A stretch of DNA of 64,000 bases from Candidatus Poseidoniaceae archaeon (GCA_965662895.1 CBFIJH010000011.1:1-64000), one strand, 5' to 3'; positions 10,009-19,731 are shown, counted from the stretch's first letter. The notes: generated by a model not told the origin, from the sequence alone. Program-made: numbers and translations.

Positions 10009-11097
10009 ATGACAGGAGGCAGTTGGACACATCTTCGAGATGATGAAGATGGTTTGACAGCAGTCATAGAATTCCTCTCGGCGTTCACATTGTTCCTCAT
10101 GATTCTGACTGCGTTTATGTCGCTCGCCCAACTCGAGATGGGCTCGAATGATACTGAAATCGATCAAGTTGACCAGGCGGTTGTGTCAGGGCTCGATCGT
10201 TTAACAAGCAACTCTGGATGGTTTGTACCGAGTGACGGAAACGAAGGTTACGATTATTCCAACTCGACAGAGGACTGGCATTTGCAATCAGCAGAAGCAC
10301 TGGAGAAGGGTCGGGTTCAGACCGGTTTAATGCTGAACAACCAACTGGACATGAATCGAGTTTCTGCGCTCTCCAATGTTACATTGACGAGTTTCTCGAA
10401 CGGTCTTGGATTGGATGAGGGCATGACTGCCTTTTTGCGAATTTCTATCCACGCATCCAACGACGAGGATCGTATGGGGGTGAATCTTTTCGAGGGCGGT
10501 GCAAGTTTGAACACTGCTCGAATGGCCTCGACGGCGTCAAGTACGGTTCGCATGGGCTCGGAGCTGGCTCTCGTCACGCTTGAAGTGCATGATGCTGGAC
10601 GAACAAATGAAAACCTCATTCTCACGGAGGTCATGGCAAGACCAGTCAGCGGCGGACCTGAATGGGTTGAAATTTACAACGATAACGCATTCGCAACAAG
10701 CCTTTACGGCTGGTCGGTTAATGCAACTTCCGTTTCAACCTCCAACGAAATACTTCTTCAAGGCGGTGTTCTGCAAGGATATTCTGTTGGAATCTTCACA
10801 GGTTCGATAACTTCGCAAGAGAACGGGAATGCTTCTCAAATCTTTGACTTGGGTCAGTACGGTTTGCTTGGTACAGGCTCCATGAATCTTCTTGATGATG
10901 GTGCTGGAACGGTTGCACTAAAGTTTACTCGCCCAGGTCAAATTACCCCAATCACTGTATCCATCGCTGAATGGGGTGGACAAACCGGCCTGCTCATGGG
11001 ATTGAATCAGGTCATCGTTTGGGAGGGTGGAAGTACAACATCTTCCACGTCATGGTCGGTTCAATCAAACCCCACGCCTGGCGATGTGTTCTTCTGA
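10009..11097 (+). CDS. archaeal pilin-like protein (class III signal peptide) with C-terminal lamin-tail-like domain
   Basis: LRDDEDG|LTAVIEFLSAFTLFLMIL prepilin-like N-terminus; LILTEVMARP..GPEWVEIYN and terminal PTPG typical of LTD. Confidence 0.65.
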   Translation: MTGGSWTHLRDDEDGLTAVIEFLSAFTLFLMILTAFMSLAQLEMGSNDTEIDQVDQAVVSGLDRLTSNSGWFVPSDGNEGYDYSNSTEDWHLQSAEALEKGRVQTGLMLNNQLDMNRVSALSNVTLTSFSNGLGLDEGMTAFLRISIHASNDEDRMGVNLFEGGASLNTARMASTASSTVRMGSELALVTLEVHDAGRTNENLILTEVMARPVSGGPEWVEIYNDNAFATSLYGWSVNATSVSTSNEILLQGGVLQGYSVGIFTGSITSQENGNASQIFDLGQYGLLGTGSMNLLDDGAGTVALKFTRPGQITPITVSIAEWGGQTGLLMGLNQVIVWEGGSTTSSTSWSVQSNPTPGDVFF

Positions 11098-11112
11098 ACC
11101 ATCAAATGCTTC

Positions 11113-11928
11113 ATGAACTCGATGCAACTGGGTCAAACGATAGCCGTGCAAGCCGCATCCACATATTCCAGAGACCGCTGTGTGACCGGCATCCATGGTC
11201 TCGATGAGATTCTTCGTGGCGGCATCCCGTACGGTTCAACAGTGCTTGCATCCGGAACCTGCGGTTCTGGAAAGACAACGCTTGGTATGGAATTCCTTGT
11301 TCGAGGCGCACTTGCTGGTGAAGCATGTGCGCACTTTACAGCGACTGAACCCTCGGTGAAATTGCTTGAAAATATCCGTCAATACGCCTTTTTCGATATG
11401 AATATGGTTGACACTGGATTGATCAACGTTTTTGACATGGACGTTTTGTACTCTTGGCTCGGTTTGGACAAATCAACATTTGATTTGGACGACGTCCATG
11501 CATTGATTAAATCCATTACGGACATCGTCAATACGATTGGTGTTACTCGCCTCGTCATCGATTCGGTTACGACGCTGTGTTACAAAATCAAATCCGAACA
11601 ATTGATTCGAGATTTCCTGTTCACGCTCGGGAAAAAACTCGCAACATTGGGTTGCACAACCATCCTCATCTCAGAAATTACATCCGCAACAGAAAACGCT
11701 CACTGGTCGTCGTTCGGTGTTGAAGAAGCAATTGCAGACGGCATTGTCGTGATGGGTGATGTCGAGCGTATGGGCCATTTGTTGCGATTTCTTCAAGTTG
11801 TCAAGATGCGTGGTACTGCGCACAGTCGTGCGAAACATGCCATCGAACTCACACCCCTCGGTGTTATGTTAACGCCGATGCTGAAGTGGGGTGCTCAAAG
11901 TGATAAAACAACGAAGTGGGGTGCTTGA
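11113..11928 (+). CDS. single-domain KaiC/RAD55-like RecA-family ATPase
   Basis: TGIHGLDEILRGGIP, Walker A GTCGSGKT, Walker B LVIDS, VVKMRG. Confidence 0.9.
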   Translation: MNSMQLGQTIAVQAASTYSRDRCVTGIHGLDEILRGGIPYGSTVLASGTCGSGKTTLGMEFLVRGALAGEACAHFTATEPSVKLLENIRQYAFFDMNMVDTGLINVFDMDVLYSWLGLDKSTFDLDDVHALIKSITDIVNTIGVTRLVIDSVTTLCYKIKSEQLIRDFLFTLGKKLATLGCTTILISEITSATENAHWSSFGVEEAIADGIVVMGDVERMGHLLRFLQVVKMRGTAHSRAKHAIELTPLGVMLTPMLKWGAQSDKTTKWGA

Positions 11929-11930
11929 TT

Positions 11931-12515
11931 ATGTTTGAGCTCGATCAACGAATTGCAGAGCAACTGTCGACCATCTCGCTCAACAGTTCAGTGCAAGTCC
12001 GGTGTGGAAATTCAAATGCCTTCATGGTTACTGCAAGCACAATGCTCCCGCTTATGCAGATGTTTGAGATGGGAGGAGTCTACATCTCTGCGAGTCGAGG
12101 GGCAGTTGAAATCATTCAGGCATTCGAATCCATCGGCGTTGATGTTTCCAACATTCAATTCATTGATTTGGTTTCTTCAGGTATCCTAGGCGGAACCGAT
12201 GTCACCTACCCAAACATCCATTTTGTCGATAGCCCGATTATGCTCGAATCCGTCCTGCTACGCACACTCTATATTTTGCGAACGACAACAACGCAGCGAA
12301 ATTTTGTTTTCTTGGACAGCGTGAACGCACTGGCAATTTACAATGAGGACCGAATGCTTGCCGAGTATCTGCACACGTTCATCAACACGTTTCGACAGCG
12401 TGAGGTTCTTTCAGTTATTCTCAATGTACCGGATCAAACGCCTCCTCTCGTTCTTTCGAATCTTGACCTGTACTGTACAGATTTGGTTGACCGTGGACAG
12501 GTTGTCATTCATTGA
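11931..12515 (+). CDS. degenerate KaiC-fold protein lacking Walker A
   Basis: GVYIS, IQFIDLVS, FVFLDSVNALAIYN pattern of inactivated RecA/KaiC-like archaeal proteins; no GxxGxGKT. Confidence 0.65.
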   Translation: MFELDQRIAEQLSTISLNSSVQVRCGNSNAFMVTASTMLPLMQMFEMGGVYISASRGAVEIIQAFESIGVDVSNIQFIDLVSSGILGGTDVTYPNIHFVDSPIMLESVLLRTLYILRTTTTQRNFVFLDSVNALAIYNEDRMLAEYLHTFINTFRQREVLSVILNVPDQTPPLVLSNLDLYCTDLVDRGQVVIH

Positions 12516-12528
12516 TGGAGTGGAAAGC

Positions 12529-13332
12529 ATGCGAAAGAACATCACATTCGATAAAGACGATGAAGAATTCTTTGGGCAAGTTGGCTCATTCGGCGTTCCG
12601 AAATTCGACAACGAGATGCGCGGCGGTGTTCCTCGAGGTTTTACCATGGTCGCGTTTACTGAAACAGGGTCAGGAGCAGAACTTTTTGCGAAACAATTCG
12701 TCTCACCTGCTGAAGAATCCGAGAACACACTTTACATTTCAACAAACGAAGCCCAACCAGAAATTGTTCGTGTTTTTCAAAAGTACAGTTGGCCACTCGA
12801 CATCAATGTCCGAACAATTGGTGAAGAATACAATGCGAACGTCTTGGAGCGCGAACTTCTCGCTAGTCGCTACCGGCTTGAAGGATTCCGACTTGAAGAC
12901 ATCCAACGGCTTGCACAAACACGTTTCGTTGAGGATTCAACACAGGATTATCTCACAGAAGTGACGAACGAGATCATGGCGCTTGGGCCATATTTCAGAG
13001 CGGGAATCGATAGTCTGGATTTCTTCCTACAACGAGACGATCCAGGTCGAGTTGTTGCAATGATTCGAATGCTTCAAGCACACACACAAATGTATCGTGG
13101 TCTGTTGTTGATTATGGTCTCAGTCAATGGTTTACCAGCTTCAGTACGCCAAGAACTTTCAAGCATTGCTGACATGGTCCTCACGTTTGGTGTACGAACC
13201 ATTGGTTCGGATTTTGAAACCTCAATGATCGTATCGAAATTCCGAAACGCTCCTGAAAATCTCAAAATGCTGGTCTTCCGTGTTACGCCAGAAGAAGGAA
13301 TTACGCCAGAAACCGTCGAACGTATCGCTTGA
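12529..13332 (+). CDS. KaiC-like protein with degenerate Walker A
   Basis: FGVPKFDNEMRGGVPRG, ETGSGAELFA (Lys missing), GIDSL, VSKFRN; start reassigned to MRKNITF after GGAG. Confidence 0.8.
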   Translation: MRKNITFDKDDEEFFGQVGSFGVPKFDNEMRGGVPRGFTMVAFTETGSGAELFAKQFVSPAEESENTLYISTNEAQPEIVRVFQKYSWPLDINVRTIGEEYNANVLERELLASRYRLEGFRLEDIQRLAQTRFVEDSTQDYLTEVTNEIMALGPYFRAGIDSLDFFLQRDDPGRVVAMIRMLQAHTQMYRGLLLIMVSVNGLPASVRQELSSIADMVLTFGVRTIGSDFETSMIVSKFRNAPENLKMLVFRVTPEEGITPETVERIA

Positions 13333-13387
13333 TGTGTTTTGTGGACGAAGCGACACGTCCAAAGAGGGCGAATGTTGGGGTTGAATC

Positions 13388-14131
13388 ATGTCGAAGCGGG
13401 CAGCGACGGGTGGTTACGACCCATCAGGAATTGATTTGGACGCTTGGACCGAATTGGAAGAGCAACTTGAAGCAACCATTCCAAATTACGATCGTGTCAA
13501 TCGATTGATGACTTTTGGACAAGATAAGCGATGGCGTCGAAACGTTCGCAATCATGCAACGAAGGGGATGAAGGTTCTCGAGGTTGGTTGTGGCCCTGGA
13601 AGTTTTGCAGAAGATCTCGTCGGTCTTGATGTGACCTGCCTCGACCCTTCCGAAGCGATGCTCAAAGTTGCAAAGAAACGGGTTGATGGCGCTCGAGCAT
13701 CACGTGGAGAGGCTCCAGCAGCCTACGTTCAAGCGCTCGCCGAAGACATTCCGCTTGAGGATAATTCGTTTGATATGGTCTTCTGTCTGTTTTCTTTTCG
13801 TGATTTTCAAGACAAAAAGAAAGGATTAGAGGAAATCTTTCGCGTCTTGAAACCTGGTGGCCAACTGGTGATGTGTGACGCTGGAAAGGCGAACTATCTC
13901 CATGGTCTCACTGGCAGAATTTGGATGAGCACTGTGGTTCAATGGATGGCTCGATGGGTGACAAAAAGCAAGGATCATCCCTGGAAAGGCTTAGCTCGAT
14001 CCTACACACATTACGGTACCAACAAATACTACAGAAATATGATGAAAGATGTAGGTTTTCAGGAAGTGTCCGGCCGGCTTCTCTATCCATTCATGATGTC
14101 GAGCCGATTCCGTGGACGAAAACCCCTGTAG
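13388..14131 (+). CDS. UbiE/MenG-like class I SAM methyltransferase
   Basis: YDRVNRLMTFGQDKRWR, VLEVGCGPG, LDPSEAML, EIFRVLKPGG. Confidence 0.8.
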   Translation: MSKRAATGGYDPSGIDLDAWTELEEQLEATIPNYDRVNRLMTFGQDKRWRRNVRNHATKGMKVLEVGCGPGSFAEDLVGLDVTCLDPSEAMLKVAKKRVDGARASRGEAPAAYVQALAEDIPLEDNSFDMVFCLFSFRDFQDKKKGLEEIFRVLKPGGQLVMCDAGKANYLHGLTGRIWMSTVVQWMARWVTKSKDHPWKGLARSYTHYGTNKYYRNMMKDVGFQEVSGRLLYPFMMSSRFRGRKPL

Positions 14132-14365
14132 TTGTGGCATGACTCCTTCCTCGACACAGGAAAGCCGCGTGAAGGGGGACACTTTTACAAGAAACAAAGC
14201 ATCTATTCTATTCTGAAGTGACAGAAGATTGTATGAGGGAACATTGAATATCTAGCGAAAAGTGTCGATAATTACGTAGGGAACGAGAGATAGTTGGAAC
14301 GACTGTCTCCTCCCAAAGTACAATACGCAGCGACACCCCATATCTGTGTCAGGGAGAAGGATTCG

Positions 14366-15103
14366 ATGAAAAAAATATTGAAGCGGATCTTGCCTCGAAA
14401 AGTACGACACTTTTTGCATACATTCTCATTGGTCAAAATAGCCACTGAACCATTTCGAGAAAGAGAGTGCAATATTTGCAATTATGAAGGTTATTTCTCC
14501 GTTATTGGCCGCCCCCTTCGACTCGACGCGCTCTGTCCAAAGTGTCATTCATTGGAACGGCACAGGCTACTGATTCTTGCTGTGCAAAGAGGCGATATTC
14601 CCCAGCTCGAAAACGACAATTCCGCAGTTCTGCATTTTGCTCCTGAATCCAGTTTGGAGCAGGTTTTCAGAGGTCGGTTCAAGAAATATGTCACTGCAGA
14701 CTTTTATCAGGATGCTGATCTTAAACTCGATATGGAAAGCATCGATTTAGGAGATAAGCAATTTGATGTTATCGTTGCGAATCATGTTCTTGAACACGTG
14801 GATGACAAAAAAGCGTCAAGAGAATTATCGCGTGTTCTTGTTGATGGTGGGATTTTGGTATGCCAAGTTCCAATCATTGAAGGATGGAAGTCGACCTATG
14901 AAAACAATTCGATAACCTCGGATGAAGAACGATGTTTGCATTTTGGACAAGGCGATCACGTCCGATACTATGGTGAAGATTTCCGAGAAAGAATAAGTGC
15001 TGGTGGGTTTAAACTAATCAACGAATTTACGGCTGAGGGTGAAGACGTCATTCGTTACGGGCTTTACCGGGGCGAGAAGACGTTCGTTTTCCAAAAGGTT
15101 TGA
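14366..15103 (+). CDS. SAM-dependent methyltransferase-like protein with N-terminal Zn-ribbon
   Basis: CNIC...CPKCHSLERHR, VLHFAPE, FDVIVANHVLEHV, FGQGDHVRYYG; ATG at 14366 after AGGGAGAAGG. Confidence 0.8.
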   Translation: MKKILKRILPRKVRHFLHTFSLVKIATEPFRERECNICNYEGYFSVIGRPLRLDALCPKCHSLERHRLLILAVQRGDIPQLENDNSAVLHFAPESSLEQVFRGRFKKYVTADFYQDADLKLDMESIDLGDKQFDVIVANHVLEHVDDKKASRELSRVLVDGGILVCQVPIIEGWKSTYENNSITSDEERCLHFGQGDHVRYYGEDFRERISAGGFKLINEFTAEGEDVIRYGLYRGEKTFVFQKV

Positions 15104-15337
15104 TCAGGCTGTTTGGAGTAACAAAGCATTTTTCACTTTTCTTAAGGCGTAAAAATTATTCAAAAGCCTCTGGAGATGGGAAGCTTCAAGAAACGCCGCA
15201 GCAATCGAAGCACAGGTTCACGGTGTATGTCTATTTCAACGGCATATACTGCAACAACAGCCACAAAGATTCTTTGAACGAAGGACTCCATTAGCCTCAT
15301 AAACCCCCTTCTTGTCGACTTTTTCATAGTGGTTGTC

Positions 15338-15655
15338 ATGGGTATGGAAAAAGTCCTCCAAAGCATCAAAAAAGCAGAGCAGGCTGCTGAACAGACGCTC
15401 GCTGATGCACAATCCGAATCAAGCCGCATCCTAAGCGATGCTCGTCGTGATGCTGCTGAAATCGTTGCGAAGGCAGCCGAGGAAGCGCAAGCATCTACCC
15501 AATCCACACTAGATTCGGCAAAAGACGCCGCAATGAAGGACGTGAAATCTGTTCAGAAAAAAGGCGCTAAGGACGTTGAGTCAATTGAATCAGGTGCTGG
15601 TTCCAAACAAGATGCTGCTGTTGCACTTATCGTCGAGAAGTTGCTCAATCAATGA
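15338..15655 (+). CDS. atpH: A-type ATP synthase subunit H (peripheral stalk)
   Basis: A/E/K-rich coiled coil (IKKAEQAAE...); first gene of the atp operon. Confidence 0.85.
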   Translation: MGMEKVLQSIKKAEQAAEQTLADAQSESSRILSDARRDAAEIVAKAAEEAQASTQSTLDSAKDAAMKDVKSVQKKGAKDVESIESGAGSKQDAAVALIVEKLLNQ

Positions 15656-15664
15656 GGTGATACT

Positions 15665-17722
15665 ATGTTCTCGACGGTACCAATGTCACGATTGACGTTA
15701 GCAGCACCTGTTGACGTCATGGCTGATGTTGTCCGAGCATGCTCTGACTTGGGCTGCGTGCACATCGAAGACTACACACAATTCGAAGAGGGCATCGGAG
15801 TTGGGCATGCGATTCAGAACGACGATGCAAATCAGATTAGTGCAATGCTCGTGAAAGCTCGGTCGGTTCGATCAACCCTCTCTGTTTTCAATTCCAAAGG
15901 ACCTGTATCTGCTCAATCTGCAAAGGCCCTCTCGATGAAGTTTGAGGAAGAACTCGACAACGCCCTCGCTTTGATTGAAACCGCTCGAGAAGCCGAGTCG
16001 GAAATCGCAACGCTATCGGATCAGGCTCGGATTTACGAGAAACTCGCCCCTCTCAACATCTCACTCGATCTCCTTTCAGGTTACTCTGGTCTCGAGGTTT
16101 ATGTTGCAGAGACAGCCAATTCATCAAAGGCATCAAAGGTTTTTGCAGATATCAAAAACGACATTGAATTCATAGCGCCAGCAGGACTGGTTGCCGTTGC
16201 TTGCGCTCCGAACATGGCAGCAGAAGTCCAGATTGCACTTGCTGAACTTAACGCAAAAGCAATTCAGTTGCCGTCGGGCGAAGGAAAGCCACAACAGCGT
16301 GCCAAAGAAGCCAGAGATTCGATTGCAAAAGCCGAGCAAAAAATCGAATCGGCCAACAAGAAACTCGATGCGTGGGCAAAAAAGCATGGATCTGATCTGG
16401 TCATCGTTGAAGAATACCTCCAGCGCGAGGATGCAATCTTTACTTCTCCAACTTCACTCGCCGTCTCCAACCAAGCCTTTGCACTCGATGCATGGATACC
16501 GACCGAGAATTCTGAAAAAGCACGCTCTGGTCTGAAAAACTTGGTTTCACACCTCGAAATCGAAGAGCACGTCGACGACCATCATCACCACGATGGCCAC
16601 GACGATCATCATGCAGAACCAGAACCTCCAATCGCTTATCAGAACGGAAGCACCGCTGAGCCGTTCGAACTCGTTGTTGACCTCGTCGGCCGGCCGAAGT
16701 ATGGCACCTTCGAGCCGACAACACTGATTATGATCACACTCCCTCTTCTCTACGGACTGATTCTCGGTGACTTTGGGTACGGATTTGTCATCGTTTTGCT
16801 TGCCCTTTGGCTTCGTTCTCTCCCGTTCGCTAAGGAACCCATGGGCAAAAATGCAACAACCGTCCTCTTATGGATGGGCATTTGGTGTATGTTTTGGGGC
16901 TTTTTGTTTGCAGAAGGCTTTGGCTTCATTTGGGATGGTACGGGTCACGTGATGGGCGATTCATCCCCTTTGATTCCATTCTATGAGTGGACACAAGACC
17001 TAACGTATTCCTTCAAGAAGAGCGATATTGGAAAAGCGCTTGGTTTGACGCATACTTATGTTCCTTTCCATCGAGCCGATAGCGCCCTCACCGACTACGT
17101 TCTTGTATCGGTCTATGTTGGTGTTTTGCACCTCTTCGTGGGATTCGTTATCGGGTTCTTCAATGTCATGAAAGGTCACGGAATCGTCGCAGCATTCTTC
17201 GAGAAGGGAAGCTGGCTCATGATTCTGGTTGGCGGATTCCTCCACATCTACGGGTTCATGAAGGGGAACAACGATGTCCTTGAAGGAACAATTCCTGGAT
17301 TGATTGTTCTCCTCGGAATTGTCGTGCTCATTATTGCCCTCGCAGTGTTTGAAGGCTTTGGGTGGGGCGGTGGCATCATCATGGGGCCAATCGAAACATT
17401 CGGACTTCTTGCAAACACGCTTTCTTACTTGCGAATTATGGCCGTTGGAGTTGCAGGTGTGAAAATTGCCGAAATCAGCAACAATATGGGCTTTGCATCC
17501 ATGAGGGATGCACTTTCTGCAGGCGATTTCGCCCTCGTCCCAATTTTCTTCATTCTTTGGATCGGCATTCAAGTATTTGCAATTGCCCTCGGTCTACTCT
17601 CACCAAGCATTCACGCAGCCCGTCTCCACTTTGTGGAATGGATGGGCAAGTTTTACGATGGCTCCGGCAGGGTCTTTTCCCCGCTGGGTGGCCAACCTCT
17701 CCACGTGGAGGGGAAAGCATAG
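15665..17722 (+). CDS. atpI: A-type ATP synthase subunit I (a)
   Basis: PKYGTFEPT, YGLILGDFGYG, NTLSYLRIMAVG (essential Arg), IHAARLHFVEW..KFY. Confidence 0.95.
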   Translation: MFSTVPMSRLTLAAPVDVMADVVRACSDLGCVHIEDYTQFEEGIGVGHAIQNDDANQISAMLVKARSVRSTLSVFNSKGPVSAQSAKALSMKFEEELDNALALIETAREAESEIATLSDQARIYEKLAPLNISLDLLSGYSGLEVYVAETANSSKASKVFADIKNDIEFIAPAGLVAVACAPNMAAEVQIALAELNAKAIQLPSGEGKPQQRAKEARDSIAKAEQKIESANKKLDAWAKKHGSDLVIVEEYLQREDAIFTSPTSLAVSNQAFALDAWIPTENSEKARSGLKNLVSHLEIEEHVDDHHHHDGHDDHHAEPEPPIAYQNGSTAEPFELVVDLVGRPKYGTFEPTTLIMITLPLLYGLILGDFGYGFVIVLLALWLRSLPFAKEPMGKNATTVLLWMGIWCMFWGFLFAEGFGFIWDGTGHVMGDSSPLIPFYEWTQDLTYSFKKSDIGKALGLTHTYVPFHRADSALTDYVLVSVYVGVLHLFVGFVIGFFNVMKGHGIVAAFFEKGSWLMILVGGFLHIYGFMKGNNDVLEGTIPGLIVLLGIVVLIIALAVFEGFGWGGGIIMGPIETFGLLANTLSYLRIMAVGVAGVKIAEISNNMGFASMRDALSAGDFALVPIFFILWIGIQVFAIALGLLSPSIHAARLHFVEWMGKFYDGSGRVFSPLGGQPLHVEGKA

Positions 17723-17752
17723 TCCACTGGACATAAAATGGAGGTAGAAAAA

Positions 17753-18061
17753 ATGAACAAGAATACCCTAAAAACAAGCCTACGAATGATGATTGTACTT
17801 GGCGCACTTGTCCTGATTGCTCAGGGCGCTGCTGCAGCCAATGTCGATACAGATGGTAACTACGACGACTGGGCCAAGTACTTGGGAGCAGGTATTGCTC
17901 TCGGACTTGCAGCGGTTGGTGCTGGCCTTTCCCAGGCCGCAATCGGTAGCGCTGCTGTCGGTATGATTGCAGAAGACGGATCCAAATTCGGACCTGCACT
18001 CATCTTCACGGCTCTTCCTGAGTCGATTGTTATTCTCGGTGCATTGCCACTCTTCCTCTGA
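17753..18061 (+). CDS. atpK: A-type ATP synthase subunit K (c, proteolipid) with N-terminal leader
   Basis: GAGLSQAAIGSAAVG...ALPESIVILG; GGAGGT RBS at 17740 favours ATG 17753. Confidence 0.93.
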   Translation: MNKNTLKTSLRMMIVLGALVLIAQGAAAANVDTDGNYDDWAKYLGAGIALGLAAVGAGLSQAAIGSAAVGMIAEDGSKFGPALIFTALPESIVILGALPLFL

Positions 18062-18111
18062 AGATTGGCTCCGAAACAGACCCGTTCTGTTGTACCGAAG
18101 GAGATGATATT

Positions 18112-18675
18112 ATGACACTTGAAACACTTGCGAAAGACATTGCAGCATCTGCTGAATCACAAGCGAAAGCAATGCTTAAAGAAGCGAAAGCAGAAGCAAA
18201 GACAATTGTCGAAGAAGCTGAAGCAAAGGCAGCATCCATCCGTGATGAAGCCCAAGCCCGTGCTGAGCGTGAAGCAGAGCAAATCTCTCAGGAGATGGTT
18301 GCGAGCGCTCGACAAGGGAACCAGAAAGAACTGCTCATCGCTCGACGTAGCGTCCTTGATGCAACGTTGGATGCAGCAAAGTCACAACTCGCCGATCCGG
18401 GAATGAAAGGGCGTGCAACGCTCCTTAAGTCCCTCCTCAAGCGAGCGAATGATGTTTCTGGAAAAGACTTCGTTCTTCGACCTGTCTCTGTCGATGTTGC
18501 TGCGTTGAAAAAAGAAGCAGGCTCTCGAACCATCGGAGAAGAAATCGATGGAATGGGCGGATTTATGATGGAAGCTGCAGATGGTTCGGTCTCGTACGAC
18601 TTCCGATTTGAATCGCTTCTCAACCGCACATGGACTGAAGAGCGTGCAGCGATCAATGAAACACTGTTTGGATGA
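18112..18675 (+). CDS. atpE: A-type ATP synthase subunit E
   Basis: N-terminal coiled coil, GGF....DG.V.YD..FE; operon position. Confidence 0.9.
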   Translation: MTLETLAKDIAASAESQAKAMLKEAKAEAKTIVEEAEAKAASIRDEAQARAEREAEQISQEMVASARQGNQKELLIARRSVLDATLDAAKSQLADPGMKGRATLLKSLLKRANDVSGKDFVLRPVSVDVAALKKEAGSRTIGEEIDGMGGFMMEAADGSVSYDFRFESLLNRTWTEERAAINETLFG

Positions 18676-18678
18676 GGG

Positions 18679-19722
18679 ATGAAGATGTTGTCAGGGAATG
18701 TACCTTATGTTGCATCACGAGCAAAGGCTCGTCGACAAGCACTGATGGACAAAGCCCGACTTCGTCAACTCATCAATCAATCGACCGAACAACTGATCAA
18801 CACGGTTTCCGACAGTGGTTACCAAAGCGAAATCAACCTCTATGCTTCCAGATACACTGGCAGCGATCTTGTTGAAGCGGCACTGACGCACAATTTGGAG
18901 AACGAACTTGACAACATTCTGTCGCACTGTCGCGGAAAAGTTCGGAAAGTGGTTGAGATTTACTCAAGTCGCTATGAATATCAAAACGCAAAAGCGGTGT
19001 TACGAGCGGTTGCCAACGGTATCGAAGCAGAGAAACTTAGCAGAGACATTCTTCCAGATTTGAATGAAATCAACACACCGTGGATCAAGATTCTTGAAAG
19101 TTCGGAAGACCTTCGTTCAGCGGTGCAGCAGATGCGTCGCAAGTCGTTTGGATCCGCTTTGCTCAGTCTTCCTGAAGATGCTCGACTTGCGCACTATGAA
19201 GATGCGCTCGATCGACACTACTTCGCAACCTCGCTCAAAGCGCTGTCGCACAGCAGCAACGATACACGATATCTTCGAAATATCCTCGGAACAGAAATCG
19301 ACCATCGAAACATCCTCAACATCCTTGAAGCATCCGCATTCGGTATACAAGGGAATGATTTGCTGGAAGAACTTCTTCCAGGTGGTCGTTTGTTACCGAA
19401 GCGTTCCCTGTCTGCTGTTGCAAACGGGGGTAGGGCTGCCATGCTCGATGTGTTGAGAGGCAATGCAAAATTCGACATTGCTGGTTTTGAAGAAGCCCTA
19501 CAGAAGTCAGAGGCTGAGCGTTCTCTTGATTCGGTCGTAACTTGGTTGCAAGCAAGAGAATATGCGCAGATGCAAAAGATGAGCTACCTCCATCCTGTAT
19601 CTGCGTTGCCCATCGTCTACTACATTGCCATGAAGGTCAAGGAGGTCACAGATCTCCGTATGATTGTCCGTGGTCGTTTTGCAGGTTTGCCGCCTGAAAT
19701 CCTAGAGGCTCACATTCTATGA
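18679..19722 (+). CDS. atpC: A-type ATP synthase subunit C
   Basis: PYVASRAKAR, EIDHRNI, KEVTDLRMIVRG; operon position. Confidence 0.9.
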   Translation: MKMLSGNVPYVASRAKARRQALMDKARLRQLINQSTEQLINTVSDSGYQSEINLYASRYTGSDLVEAALTHNLENELDNILSHCRGKVRKVVEIYSSRYEYQNAKAVLRAVANGIEAEKLSRDILPDLNEINTPWIKILESSEDLRSAVQQMRRKSFGSALLSLPEDARLAHYEDALDRHYFATSLKALSHSSNDTRYLRNILGTEIDHRNILNILEASAFGIQGNDLLEELLPGGRLLPKRSLSAVANGGRAAMLDVLRGNAKFDIAGFEEALQKSEAERSLDSVVTWLQAREYAQMQKMSYLHPVSALPIVYYIAMKVKEVTDLRMIVRGRFAGLPPEILEAHIL

Positions 19723-19731
19723 GGTGAAAAC

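Noticed and set aside
11113-13332. KaiC genes as a circadian clock
   Set aside because: The proteins are single-domain, not double-domain KaiC, and no kaiA or kaiB is nearby
15100-15294. 64-aa ORF between the methyltransferase and atpH
   Set aside because: TTG start, no RBS or motif; most likely a chance ORF in spacer DNA
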